This document shows positions 26,209 to 35,972 of a DNA stretch of 64,000 nucleotides, one piece after another (positions within the stretch are counted from its first letter, which is position 1; each line of letters begins with the position of its first letter). The DNA comes from a virus: positions 78,187 through 142,186 of IMG/VR virus record IMGVR_UViG_3300028844_006119; one strand, 5' to 3'. The notes under the pieces were generated by a model. The model saw only the letters and a list, made by a program, of their open reading frames with translations, searched no databases and was not told the DNA's origin. The position numbers and the translations under genes are program-made.

Positions 26209-26491
26209 CCTGCTAACTCCCCAAGTCATGACGGCGTTCTCCGACGAGATCGAGAAGCTCGCCTTCTCCGTAATTGGCCGGGCGGCTAAGGGAGCTGCGG
26301 ACATGGGGTTTAAGGGCGTCGGTTCCGTGGCTAAGGCAGCGGTAAACAACCCCAAAGCGGCTCTCATGGGAACCGCAGCACTCGGCGCAACCGGCCTCGG
26401 GGGAGCCCACGTACTTAAGAAGTCCAGGCAGGGCTTTGAGGCCCAGAGTATGGGCTCTCTTCCTGGCCGGCATGGTACTTTAACCACATAG
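26198..26491 (+). CDS. Leader-bearing (AFSDEIEKLA) cationic Gly-rich peptide precursor
   Basis: Leader aa 13-22; ALMGTAALGATGLGGAHVLKK. Confidence 0.75.
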   Translation: MTDSLLTPQVMTAFSDEIEKLAFSVIGRAAKGAADMGFKGVGSVAKAAVNNPKAALMGTAALGATGLGGAHVLKKSRQGFEAQSMGSLPGRHGTLTT

Positions 26492-26501
26492 GAGTCTAAT
26501 C

Positions 26502-27023
26502 ATGGAAATTCCCGCAGAAGCATACGAGCTTTACGCTCGAGGCGAGATCACTGACCGGGAGATGCACGAGCTTGAGAAGTTCGCAGAGGCTCTCGAGAAG
26601 ACCGCCTTCGATTATGGGAAGGCGGGGCTGATGATGGGCGGAATGGCGCTGGCTGCTCCGGCGCTGGCGTATGCCGCAAACCAGGTCCCTAAGACCTTGC
26701 AGGGTATGGCGAACTCCATGCGCTTCGAGTCCGGCCTAAACAAGGCTCTCGAGATCAACCCGCAGCTCGGTAGTGCTAAGGACCCGAACTTGCGCATGGC
26801 GTACAAGACGCTCCAGACGACCAACCCGGACTACGCCAAGGATCCTCTGATCGCCGGTACCATTCTGGACATGGTCATGTCGAACCGCATGGACCCTGAT
26901 GATCCCGGCAGCGCACCTCGTTTCGACCCGACACTTCTCAATGAGATTCAGAAGAGCGCTCCCAGATCGCCTGACATGACCCAAACCATGGGAAGCGCGG
27001 CAATGACCGCCGCCAAGGGATAG
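26502..27023 (+). CDS. Head-module protein with ELEKFA/LEKTA sites followed by a hydrophobic segment
   Basis: AGGAG RBS; AGLMMGGMALAAPALAYAA. Confidence 0.75.
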   Translation: MEIPAEAYELYARGEITDREMHELEKFAEALEKTAFDYGKAGLMMGGMALAAPALAYAANQVPKTLQGMANSMRFESGLNKALEINPQLGSAKDPNLRMAYKTLQTTNPDYAKDPLIAGTILDMVMSNRMDPDDPGSAPRFDPTLLNEIQKSAPRSPDMTQTMGSAAMTAAKG

Positions 27024-27032
27024 AGGTCTGAT

Positions 27033-29006
27033 TTGGACAAGTACGCGCTATACCCCGGAAAGGCTGCTGACGGCCGGCCCAGAGTTCACCTGGTTGAGCC
27101 GGGTACTGGGTATGGTATGGCCAGTACTGACGGAGTCACCAAGACCGCGTCGGGAGAGCACCTTCCGGAAGTCATGGAGCTTATTGAGTCGATCGAGGCG
27201 CAGCCCGGAAGGCTGTACTTGGTCAACTCAGCTCTGGGTGCTGGGGAGAACGTTGGGTTCAATCTTCGAGGTGACTGGTTCACTGAGAAGGGCCTGAATC
27301 ACACTCCTCCCGGATTCGAGCAGATCCCGGTGTGGGATATCGAAGCGCGGAGAAAAGCCGCAAACATCACAGAGGCTGTGCCTCGGTGGGGGTCTTTGGC
27401 GTGGGGCTACCCTACGTTCTACAACGCGCATAGATTCCGGCACCACGTCAACAAGGACCCAAACAAAGCCTACGGATTCATTCTGGGGGCTTTTTGGGAT
27501 GACCGTATGAAGCGGGTCATCCTGGTGTCTGAGCTGATTAAGACCATGTGCGCCAAGATGGGGGCTCTTGATCTGTACAACCGGATCCAGGGTGGGGACT
27601 TTCCAGACTCCAGCATGGGCAGCAAGGTCCCGTACGACCGATGCGCTATTTGTAACCACCATGCCCGCACACCAATGCAGTATTGTGAGCATGTCCGTAA
27701 GGGAGCTTCTCCTCCCTATGGAATGAAGTCCATGCTCCCGGACGGGCGTATCTGCGGTGTTTACAACGACTACCCGAGATTCTTCGACGATTCATTTGTG
27801 TTTGTCGGGGCCGAGCGATCTGCGAAGGTGATGTCGGATGTCACGAATCAGGTCTCGGGGAGAAACGCGTACTCCCAGAAGATCTACCCGTTCTCGCGCC
27901 CCATCCAGAAGATTGCTTCTGCAGCCGGGGTAGCGGATGTAACTCCTATCTCTGATGCTCCGTCTCCGCAGACGCAGAAGCCGAACATCCCGGACTTTGT
28001 TTTAGAGGAAAAACTTACTCGGGCTGTCCAGCTGATTCCCGTAAGCACCTCTGCTGAGCGAGAGACGCTTAGATTCTTCATGCAAGAGCGCCTAGCGGAG
28101 GAAAGAGTCCGTGCGGGGACAATGTCCTCCACTGAGATGCAGATGTGGAAGGACCTCTCGCGGAACGTATTACTGAGGCAGTACGGGGTCTCCCCAGAGC
28201 AGATGGTCCACCTAAAGGTACTGTTCAACACCCGAGCAAATCAGGTACTTGGGATTACTAAGGTTGCGGAGATGCCCAAGTGGGCAGAGATTCTGAAGAG
28301 AATCCCCGCCCCCTCTCCGGAGCACATGAGCATCGTGCGTAGAGAGGAGAAGTGCCTCCCCGAGATTCCTAGAGAAATCCTGGACGAAATCGCAGATGCT
28401 CCTGGGCCAAATCTCCGTGCTGCAGCACGGATGGGCATCGTGGCCCGTCCCAATGAGTTCCAGTACATCATGCTGCGGCAAAGAGACCCGGACTTAGCGA
28501 GTAGACTCCACACGAATAGAGTGGTATTTCGCCCTACTTCCCTTCGTAGGGAGACATCAGCGTTCAATACGGGCTATGTCCCTCGCGACACTATGCACTC
28601 CATCATCCATAAGTTGGCACCTCTTATAGCCTCACGCTCCTTTGCGCCTTCGGCTATTAGAGCGCGGATCATTAAGATCACGCCCATGCCTAAGATCGCA
28701 GAGTTCTCAGAGACCGAGAACTTGGATGAGGTCTCAGAGCTATACAATCAGTATCGCCTGGGGCTTATGCTATCTCCTACAGACCTCACGGCAGTGACCG
28801 TGCCCTCTGTTTTCTCCGATAGAATCGATGACGATGTGAAAATTGCCGGTGATTCTGTTAGTCTTTCTGCCCTAATGACGAGCCTTGCCTATTGGCCCGG
28901 TTTACAGTTAGGATTAAACTCGGCTGAGGGGTCCTCCTCCGAAGACGCCACCCACTCTCAACCCCATATTGGAGAAATCCATCATGTCACTCCTTACGGA
29001 GCTTGA
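27033..29006 (+). CDS. Putative prohead (maturation) protease with Zn-finger insert
   Basis: Position upstream of scaffold-like and capsid genes; candidate catalytic His (HRFRHH) and Ser (DSSMG) followed by CAIC...C..H; TTG start with GAGG RBS. Confidence 0.5.
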   Translation: MDKYALYPGKAADGRPRVHLVEPGTGYGMASTDGVTKTASGEHLPEVMELIESIEAQPGRLYLVNSALGAGENVGFNLRGDWFTEKGLNHTPPGFEQIPVWDIEARRKAANITEAVPRWGSLAWGYPTFYNAHRFRHHVNKDPNKAYGFILGAFWDDRMKRVILVSELIKTMCAKMGALDLYNRIQGGDFPDSSMGSKVPYDRCAICNHHARTPMQYCEHVRKGASPPYGMKSMLPDGRICGVYNDYPRFFDDSFVFVGAERSAKVMSDVTNQVSGRNAYSQKIYPFSRPIQKIASAAGVADVTPISDAPSPQTQKPNIPDFVLEEKLTRAVQLIPVSTSAERETLRFFMQERLAEERVRAGTMSSTEMQMWKDLSRNVLLRQYGVSPEQMVHLKVLFNTRANQVLGITKVAEMPKWAEILKRIPAPSPEHMSIVRREEKCLPEIPREILDEIADAPGPNLRAAARMGIVARPNEFQYIMLRQRDPDLASRLHTNRVVFRPTSLRRETSAFNTGYVPRDTMHSIIHKLAPLIASRSFAPSAIRARIIKITPMPKIAEFSETENLDEVSELYNQYRLGLMLSPTDLTAVTVPSVFSDRIDDDVKIAGDSVSLSALMTSLAYWPGLQLGLNSAEGSSSEDATHSQPHIGEIHHVTPYGA

Positions 29007-29937
29007 ATCACGGGGCGTCACAGCTGAGGATCTTGAGAAAGCGGCATCTGTCCGTTTATTTGAGAAGGCTGCTGCCGCCGAAGACGTGGATCTCGGCTCA
29101 CTTGATGAAAATCAGGTAGAAGACCTCTACGTCACATTCCTTTCCAACCAGTCCAATGATGACTACACAAAAGAGGCTTCCGCCATGAACGACGAAATCG
29201 TTGACCTTTTCGAAAAGACCGCTGCAGCCGAGGGCATTGACCTCGACGACATGGCGGACCACGAGCTTGCTGAGCTCTACAACCACTACGTTGAGAACGT
29301 TCTGCCCGAGCAGGTCGAAGAGTACGAGAAGGGTGCTTCGTACGAGGTCGACGAGGCCACCGAGAAGCTCGCTGAGGCCGAGATTCTCGGTCGCCACATG
29401 GCGCGTGCCTACATGGATGAGTTCGACAAGGAGGCTGCGAGCGCAGCAGCGGCCGGTGCCAGACTGGACGCTGCTGCGGCCGAGGCCGGACGATGGGGCC
29501 AGTCGGGCAAGGTCGAGGCGCAGAACGCCGCGAACCGTGCCAAGGAATCGATTGGACGAGGCTACGAGTCTGCCAAGGCGAAGGGCAAGGCTGGCTATGA
29601 AGCTGGTGTCCGTGGTGCTAAGGCCACTGGTGCCGCAGTTGCTTCCGGTGCTCGGTCCTACGGCAATGCTATGACTGGTAAGCAGTTGCGAGAGGCTGTC
29701 TCCACCATGCGTAAGCAGAAGGGTGGATATCGATCTTCCGCAATGGGCCGCGGTAAGGCCCTTCGTGGCGGTGCCAAGACGCTAGCCGCATGGGGCGCAA
29801 CCGGTGCAGCTGGCTACGGCGCCAAGAAGGGCTACGACAGGATGACCAAGAAGTCCTCGATTGACGAGATCATTGAGGACCGCGCCAACGAGCTTCTCGG
29901 AGAGTTCCTCTTCGAGAGCGGTGTCGAGCTGGACTGA
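28984..29937 (+). CDS. Acidic scaffold-like protein with internal repeat and inserted cationic cassette
   Basis: GGAG RBS; repeats LFEKAAAAEDVDL...LY / LFEKTAAAEGIDL...LY; basic block between FDKEA and KKSS. Confidence 0.7.
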   Translation: MSLLTELESRGVTAEDLEKAASVRLFEKAAAAEDVDLGSLDENQVEDLYVTFLSNQSNDDYTKEASAMNDEIVDLFEKTAAAEGIDLDDMADHELAELYNHYVENVLPEQVEEYEKGASYEVDEATEKLAEAEILGRHMARAYMDEFDKEAASAAAAGARLDAAAAEAGRWGQSGKVEAQNAANRAKESIGRGYESAKAKGKAGYEAGVRGAKATGAAVASGARSYGNAMTGKQLREAVSTMRKQKGGYRSSAMGRGKALRGGAKTLAAWGATGAAGYGAKKGYDRMTKKSSIDEIIEDRANELLGEFLFESGVELD

Positions 29938-29945
29938 GAGTGGAA

Positions 29946-30227
29946 ATGCCTGCCAACACAGACATCATGAGATTCTTCTCAGACGAGATCTGTAAGTTGG
30001 CAGGCATGCCCGCACTCAAGGTTCCGGGCATGGGCAGTAAGGGACAACTATCTTCATTGATGGCCCGACCTGCCCATGCCCAGGCCGGTAACTTCGCAAA
30101 AGCACAAAAAGCACTGAAAACACCCACCACAGGAAGCGCCCCGAAAGGGATTAATCATGCTTCGTTAAAGGCGGTGGGCTCCACGGGATCTGTATCTTTA
30201 CCGCCACCTCCCGTGAAAACCGTCTAA
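29946..30227 (+). CDS. Leader-bearing (FFSDEICKLA) basic low-complexity peptide precursor
   Basis: No D/E after the leader; start 29940 or 29946. Confidence 0.7.
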   Translation: MPANTDIMRFFSDEICKLAGMPALKVPGMGSKGQLSSLMARPAHAQAGNFAKAQKALKTPTTGSAPKGINHASLKAVGSTGSVSLPPPPVKTV

Positions 30228-30251
30228 ACTTCCCACTTTTAGGGTGACCCA

Positions 30252-30992
30252 ATGAGCAACTACCGAAGCATGATTGATGACGCACTCCAGAGTGCAAGAG
30301 CCCGTATCGATGGCGGCAGCGCAGATCTGATGAAGACCGCTTCTGCCCCCGAGAACAGCATGGTCAAGGAGGCGTCCGAACTCGCAGACGCCCTTGAGTA
30401 TGTTGCCCACGCCTCTACGAACACTGGCTCCGCCGCTGACGCTGTTCGTGGCGAAATGGTTCGTTCCTTCTTTAAGAGCGCGGCAGGCGCTCCTGCCCAG
30501 AGCAGCACATCTGTTCAGGGCACCCAGGCACACGCCCCCACTGGAAAGAAGATCCAGGCAAAGGGCCAGTCTGTCGGAGGCTCGGCTCCTCAGTCGGAGA
30601 CCACTCCCGCCCCCGCAGATGGCCAGAAGCCGCTGCTCGAGTCCTTCAAGCAGGCAGAGGGTCAGTCTCTCTACGACATCCTGATGGCCAGTAAGACCGC
30701 AGGCAAGGGTGGCCCCTCCGAGAGCACGGCTACTGAGTCTGCTCAGGGCATTCCTTCTGGTAACGAGAACTCCAACCGTCAGGCGATTCTCGAGAGCAAC
30801 GAGGCTCCGGTCAACGCGACCCGCCGTCAGGCTAAGGCTCCCGTCCGTAAGCGCCTCGCGGAGGCGTTTGCCCACACGAACAGCACCACTGGCGACTCCA
30901 CGCTGAATGCAATGTTCCCTCAGGCCGCAGGTAAGGGATCCCACAAGATCGCCTCCGTGAAAGATCGGCTGAGCGCAATGGCTGGTGAGTAA
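30252..30992 (+). CDS. Head-module (scaffold/core-like) protein, K-x-A rich
   Basis: KTAS, KEAS, KSAA, KQAE, KTAG, KIAS. Confidence 0.75.
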   Translation: MSNYRSMIDDALQSARARIDGGSADLMKTASAPENSMVKEASELADALEYVAHASTNTGSAADAVRGEMVRSFFKSAAGAPAQSSTSVQGTQAHAPTGKKIQAKGQSVGGSAPQSETTPAPADGQKPLLESFKQAEGQSLYDILMASKTAGKGGPSESTATESAQGIPSGNENSNRQAILESNEAPVNATRRQAKAPVRKRLAEAFAHTNSTTGDSTLNAMFPQAAGKGSHKIASVKDRLSAMAGE

Positions 30993-31299
30993 TATGTCCT
31001 CTATTAGAGACAGGCTTGAGAAGATCGCTGCTGCCAAGGACGATAAGGGTGACCTCGCCCTTTATGTCTCTAAGAAGCTCTCGGAGAAAAGAGCATCCGT
31101 TGCGGAGTACTCTGTGCTCTTCGATAAGGTTGCCTCCGGTGACCTAGGAGAGCACACCCGTCAGGCCCTACTCGGCATCTGCGACACGATCCCAGAACCC
31201 ACTACTCTTTCGGAAAAGACAGCATCTGTGTATGATGTTATGGACTTTTCTGAGAATGACGCAAGAAGAGCTAGACTAGATCAGCTCCTAAAGCGTTAA
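30985..31299 (+). CDS. Small head-module protein, K-x-A rich
   Basis: EKIAA, EKRAS, DKVAS, EKTAS; start 30985 or 30994. Confidence 0.7.
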   Translation: MSNMSSIRDRLEKIAAAKDDKGDLALYVSKKLSEKRASVAEYSVLFDKVASGDLGEHTRQALLGICDTIPEPTTLSEKTASVYDVMDFSENDARRARLDQLLKR

Positions 31300-31323
31300 A
31301 CTTCCTTCCGCCGGAGAATTAAC

Positions 31324-31689
31324 ATGATGAAGATCGGGAATGCACAGCTTGCTGCTGTCTCCGCAAAGGGGGCGGCGACTATCCGTACTCTGGTGGAGAA
31401 AGTCGCTAGCTTGGAGACGGAGAACGTCTCCCTCCGAACAAAACTAGCTTCTATTGCGCGCGACTCTCAGATCTCTGAGCTTGCACGCGAGATGGAAGAC
31501 AAGAGCCTTAATGTTGACATGACTTTCGAAGAAAAGGTTGCACACCTGCGGGGTCAGGCAAACCTAGAGAACGTCACTGAAGCAGTAAAGATGGCGAGCG
31601 CGGGCCATGTCCGACTTGCCGATGTTTCCGACCATCCCGGGACGGGAGCGATCGACCCACTCACCTCTTTCTGCCTTTCCGGCGAATAA
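31324..31689 (+). CDS. Coiled-coil head-module (scaffold-like) protein
   Basis: GGAG RBS; EKVAS, TKLAS, EKVAH, VKMAS. Confidence 0.75.
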   Translation: MMKIGNAQLAAVSAKGAATIRTLVEKVASLETENVSLRTKLASIARDSQISELAREMEDKSLNVDMTFEEKVAHLRGQANLENVTEAVKMASAGHVRLADVSDHPGTGAIDPLTSFCLSGE

Positions 31690-31707
31690 TCAACTAGGAG
31701 ATACGTC

Positions 31708-32322
31708 ATGGCTGGCACTTTCGTCACGCTCGTTAATCCCGGGTATTCCTCTCTGTTTACCCGAGACCTTTCCACTGCTACGACGGCTAACGTCGAGGGC
31801 AGTACTTCCCTGAATCTGTTTGATCCCGATTCGACCCATCCTCTTCAGGAGGGTGAGTGGCTCGGCATCAACAGTAGCTACAAGTTCTCTCGTCCTTCGG
31901 GCGGAGACGTCACGGGATCTTCCAACTCGACCGGAGTCCTGGAGATCGTCGAGGACGCGCAGAACACGGCCGCTACCGGCCTGTGCTACATGTACTTCCA
32001 GGAGCGCGGTCGTTACGACGCCCAAGTCACCAAGAAGGCTCACTGCATCGTCGGACCGGGGAACTTCGAGTTCCGCACCAAGATGATCGTCTGCGCAGCC
32101 GGGGACGAAGGCGAAAAGGTCTTCGTGTATGTCTGCCAGGACTCCAGCAACCGTCTAGTCTCGGCTTTGGTCTCCGCTAGCGCGGCCATCGCTGCGACTA
32201 CGGCTGTCGCTCCCGCCGTGGGTACCGCCGCCACCACTGACGGCTCTTGGTACGCTGGTGTTATTTCCCGTGTTCACGGGACCAACGACGCTACCGTGCT
32301 GTTCCAGCCCGGCTTCCTCTAA
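31708..32322 (+). CDS. Putative capsid decoration/cement protein
   Basis: AGGAG RBS; directly upstream of the MCP; beta-rich; strong codon bias. Confidence 0.5.
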   Translation: MAGTFVTLVNPGYSSLFTRDLSTATTANVEGSTSLNLFDPDSTHPLQEGEWLGINSSYKFSRPSGGDVTGSSNSTGVLEIVEDAQNTAATGLCYMYFQERGRYDAQVTKKAHCIVGPGNFEFRTKMIVCAAGDEGEKVFVYVCQDSSNRLVSALVSASAAIAATTAVAPAVGTAATTDGSWYAGVISRVHGTNDATVLFQPGFL

Positions 32323-32345
32323 ACCCCCAGTCCTAGGAGAACATC

Positions 32346-33482
32346 ATGGATTATTCCGCTGAAATGGTGAATTCGGGCTTCATTGAGCGCCTCGAGACTG
32401 AGGGTTCCACGAAGACCGCCGCCGCCTCTCTCAACTACATCAAGGATCGCCTGCGCGAGTCCAGCTTTGCCGACATGATCGTTCCGAACGAGCGTGTTGT
32501 GCGTGGCGACTTGCAGCGCAGCACCCAGCACGACACCCTCGTGAAGATCGTCGACATCGAGCCGGGTTCCCGCGCGATGGCCGTCAACTTCCGTGGTCAG
32601 CCTACCGCTGAGTACGTGTCTGGTAAGCGCTACGCAATCGGCTTCTTCACCATCTCGAGCCTCAAGTTCGAAATCGTGGAGCAGGAGCTGATGGCATACG
32701 AGATGCCCGTCACCCGCATCATCGAGGAGAACAGCCTCAAGGACATGGTCGAGGTCAAGGATCGCGAGTTCCTGAACCACGTCGAGTCCTGCATCGATGC
32801 AATGCAGAGCGAGGGTGGTATCACCACCTTCAACACCTCGACTTGGACAGCTGGTTCCCAGTTCTCGAAGATCAAGGGCTCTCTGGCTCTGCAGCAGACC
32901 ACCGACAACTTCAACGTCCAGGCAATCCAGCGGACTGACATTGTGGAGCTCAAGAAGCTTCTCAAGCGTCAGGTGCTTGATAGCTCCGGTAACGTGGTTC
33001 GTCAGGGTCGTCTTCGTCCCGCGCTGATGCTCATGACTGAGTCCGACGCTGACGACTTCGATCAGTGGACTCACGAGGACTACGGTGATCGTCTCCAGAG
33101 CGAAACCGCTCTCGACGGCTACACCTACAACAAGGTCCTCGGTCTGCGCATCGTCCGTACCATCAAGAACGACATCCTGCGTGAGGGCAACGTTTACGTG
33201 TTCACCGCACCGGAGTTCTTCGGCCGGAACTACACGCTGAACGATGTCAAGTTCTACATCGATAAGATTGCGAACCGCATCTTCTGGCAGGCATGGATGG
33301 ACGTGGGCATGGGCTTCGGCAACATCGCCTCGGTCGTCAAGCTTGAGCTCTACTCCGGTAGTGTCAGTGGCACGCCGGATTCCGGCTTTGCTGCAGCGAT
33401 GCCGACTGACGAAGAGAACCTGGGTGGCCAGAACAACAAGGCCGCTGATGGTCTGACCTACCCGAGCCTCAACATCTTCTAG
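32346..33482 (+). CDS. Major capsid protein
   Basis: 378 aa, strongest codon bias in the window, AGGAG RBS, followed by strong terminator; position after protease/scaffold/decoration genes; HK97-like pattern (IEENSLKDMVEVKDREFL ... GLRIVRT ... VYVF). Confidence 0.75.
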   Translation: MDYSAEMVNSGFIERLETEGSTKTAAASLNYIKDRLRESSFADMIVPNERVVRGDLQRSTQHDTLVKIVDIEPGSRAMAVNFRGQPTAEYVSGKRYAIGFFTISSLKFEIVEQELMAYEMPVTRIIEENSLKDMVEVKDREFLNHVESCIDAMQSEGGITTFNTSTWTAGSQFSKIKGSLALQQTTDNFNVQAIQRTDIVELKKLLKRQVLDSSGNVVRQGRLRPALMLMTESDADDFDQWTHEDYGDRLQSETALDGYTYNKVLGLRIVRTIKNDILREGNVYVFTAPEFFGRNYTLNDVKFYIDKIANRIFWQAWMDVGMGFGNIASVVKLELYSGSVSGTPDSGFAAAMPTDEENLGGQNNKAADGLTYPSLNIF

Positions 33483-33511
33483 TCTATCGCTAGAAAGAGT
33501 TGACTCTTTTC

Positions 33512-33553
33512 AGGGCCCCGGTTCCCATAAGGGGGCTGGGGCCCTTTCGTTTT
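33512..33553 (+). terminator. Intrinsic terminator after MCP
   Basis: agggccccggttccc...gggggctggggccct followed by ttcgtttt. Confidence 0.75.
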
Positions 33554-33572
33554 CTCAGAGGAATTCATCGCT

Positions 33573-34139
33573 ATGAAACTGATGATCAGAAACACATCTA
33601 GGGATAAGACGACCGCTGCCATGCGAAAAGCGCGGCCTGGAGATGTCCAGCCAAACCCTACGATCAAGAAGGTCAGACTTCCTCCCGGCGGATCCCTTAC
33701 CGTTGATTCCAATGATCTGAGCAGCCTCGACGCACGGCTGATTCAGAAGCTTATGGGCTGTGGATGCCTCCGCACATTTGCGATGACATCCTCGGGGCCT
33801 ATGCGCGCTATCGATGCCGATGAGATCGGAGAGCTGTGTGATCTTTCGATCCCTGTTCCCCCTCCGGCGCCTGCGCCCGCACCCACGATTCCTGAGCCCG
33901 AGCCCGCAGTCGAAGAGATTGTGGCGGCCCCCGAGCCTGAACCGGAACCCGAACCGGAACCCGAACCGGAGCCAGAGGAAGACCTCGGCCCCGAAGAGGC
34001 TCCATACCTAGAAGCGGAGCTAAAGGCGATGAAAAACGTTGACCTTCGCTCCATCCTTTCTGACATGGACTTCGGCCGGACTACCGGCATGAACAAGTCC
34101 TCCCTAGTCAACGCAATCCTCGAGATGCAGGAGTCTTAA
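33573..34139 (+). CDS. Protein with PE-repeat linker and C-terminal Rho-N/HeH-like domain
   Basis: (PE)n tract; LKAMKNVDLRSIL...MNKSSLVNAILE. Confidence 0.65.
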   Translation: MKLMIRNTSRDKTTAAMRKARPGDVQPNPTIKKVRLPPGGSLTVDSNDLSSLDARLIQKLMGCGCLRTFAMTSSGPMRAIDADEIGELCDLSIPVPPPAPAPAPTIPEPEPAVEEIVAAPEPEPEPEPEPEPEPEEDLGPEEAPYLEAELKAMKNVDLRSILSDMDFGRTTGMNKSSLVNAILEMQES

Positions 34140-34140
34140 A

Positions 34141-34617
34141 ATGCCGCAGGTTCGCATTCACAACATCACCGATCGTCCCAATGTCGATACCCCTGCGTAC
34201 GCAGTCAAGGTTGCGGGTCAGCGGGTTCGCCCCGGCAAGTCTATTTCCGTGGATGATGGCCTGCTGTCTCCTAAGTTTCGTAAGCTGCACGGCACGGACA
34301 TTTGGATTGGGGCACAGGTCCCCGCCAAGTACAAGGCCACCAGCAAGGCGGCTCTCCGGGCCCTCAACGAGAACACCCCTCCGATGACGGCAGACCAGGC
34401 ACGCGAGTACTTGGCGACCCTTCCGAAGAGCGATCTTCTCCAGCTGTGTGATCATATGAGCCCCTCGCTCTCCTTCGCCAAGGAGCCTTCCAGCCGGATG
34501 CTCGTGGTCAAGGTCGCACGCGCTGCCTTCTCCGATTCTCGAGTTCTGAGCCCAGAGCACTTCTTCTGGCTCCGGCGATGGAACAAGCAGGGCAATACCT
34601 TCGTTGAGCGCGACTGA
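34141..34617 (+). CDS. Hypothetical virion-module protein
   Basis: AGGAG RBS; in operon. Confidence 0.7.
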   Translation: MPQVRIHNITDRPNVDTPAYAVKVAGQRVRPGKSISVDDGLLSPKFRKLHGTDIWIGAQVPAKYKATSKAALRALNENTPPMTADQAREYLATLPKSDLLQLCDHMSPSLSFAKEPSSRMLVVKVARAAFSDSRVLSPEHFFWLRRWNKQGNTFVERD

Positions 34618-35114
34618 TGTTCTCCACCACCACTCAGATCCCGGCAGCAAGCAAAAGAATGAACCAGATGGTGGCGATGATTCGCCTCTATCTTCGGGAC
34701 TTTCCCGAGCTGAACCGGCTGATTAGTGGTGAGGAGACCAGTGACCGTATGATCGCCTGGTCGATCATCGATGCCCTCGACGACTACAACACGACTCCTC
34801 CGTTCATCGGGGCGGCTAGTCTCACCAGCTTCCCCTCCACCTCGCTATTGCGCGAGGGGGCTGTAATCCGAATTCTCGAGTCCGTCGGACTCTTGCAGGT
34901 TCGGAATCAGATGAACTACTCGGACGGAGGGGTCTCTGTTTCGGTCTCCGATAAGGCACCTCTGTTGATGGGCTGGATTCAGATGTTCCGGCAATCCTAT
35001 GAGCAGAAGAAAGTCCGCATCAAATCGTCTATGAACGTAGAGATGGCGTTCGAGGGAGACGGAATTCACTCCGAATACTTCGTCGTCAACGGCATCTACT
35101 TCTCTGGCTTTTAG
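34617..35114 (+). CDS. Putative head-tail adaptor (neck) protein
   Basis: Helical gp6/gp15-like pattern IRLYLRD...ALDDYN...YSDGGVSVSV; position after MCP. Confidence 0.5.
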   Translation: MFSTTTQIPAASKRMNQMVAMIRLYLRDFPELNRLISGEETSDRMIAWSIIDALDDYNTTPPFIGAASLTSFPSTSLLREGAVIRILESVGLLQVRNQMNYSDGGVSVSVSDKAPLLMGWIQMFRQSYEQKKVRIKSSMNVEMAFEGDGIHSEYFVVNGIYFSGF

Positions 35115-35123
35115 GAGCTCTAA

Positions 35124-35972
35124 ATGTCTGACTGGTTCAAGAATCCCGCCTCTGAAATCCCCGATGAGATGTGGAGAGCTCCTGCCCCCATGCAGCGCCA
35201 GGCGGACGCCGTGGTGATGTGGGCTGAGCTCACGGGCAAGCACGCTTCCTTCGACGGCGTCAAGGCGTTTGGGCAAACCCTTCGGCTAAACCCGCGAAGT
35301 GATGATCTAGAGAATGCCTTTGCTCACTATGAGAAAAAGACGGGCAAACGTAGGAACCAGATGTCCCAGAGAGACGTCTACAACTCTTTGCGGGCTACGG
35401 GCATGGGAAAGTCCGCCGCATTCAAGCCCCTCTGGGAGCAACAGGGCGTCAAATCGTGGGCACAGGAAGATGCTTTGATGGCGGCCATCAAAGCCGAGGC
35501 TACTCCTGCAAGAAAGGCAAAGCTTATTCAGAGGCTCCGTAAGTTAGAGAGCTCCAACCTAGAAGGGGATTACGGCATTAAAAGTGCCTCCCTTGCTGAG
35601 ATGGTGGGGCACAAAGAAGCCGCCTGGAAGCCTGGAGTCAAAAAGGCCATTCACATGGCTGGGGACAACATCGAGCTCACGGGTGCTGCAATCGGAGCGC
35701 CACTTGGCGGCCTAAAGGCATACACGGACTATCGTGAGGGGAAGGGTGGGATTAGCAAGGCCGAGGCAACCCTTAAGGGGGAGATCACCAAGGCGCAGTC
35801 TCAGAAGGCGGACAAGAAGCGGATCGCTAAGCTGAGGCAGAAGCTCCAGACCGCCAAGTCCCGCAGAGAGAACATCGGCGCAACGACCGCAAAGGGGATC
35901 GGCCTCGGGGCGACGACTGGAGCCCTCGGCATGCACGCAATTAAGCGGATGCGCGGGGCAGGGCCGAAGTGA
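35124..35972 (+). CDS. Multi-cassette K-x-A protein with basic Gly-zipper C-terminal cargo
   Basis: KHAS, KSAA, KSAS, KEAA; GAAIGAPLGG and GIGLGATTGALG. Confidence 0.7.
   Translation: MSDWFKNPASEIPDEMWRAPAPMQRQADAVVMWAELTGKHASFDGVKAFGQTLRLNPRSDDLENAFAHYEKKTGKRRNQMSQRDVYNSLRATGMGKSAAFKPLWEQQGVKSWAQEDALMAAIKAEATPARKAKLIQRLRKLESSNLEGDYGIKSASLAEMVGHKEAAWKPGVKKAIHMAGDNIELTGAAIGAPLGGLKAYTDYREGKGGISKAEATLKGEITKAQSQKADKKRIAKLRQKLQTAKSRRENIGATTAKGIGLGATTGALGMHAIKRMRGAGPK

Noticed and set aside
33890-33976. (CCNGAR)n tandem repeat
   Set aside because: Degenerate coding repeat for a Pro-Glu linker, not a regulatory or CRISPR-like element
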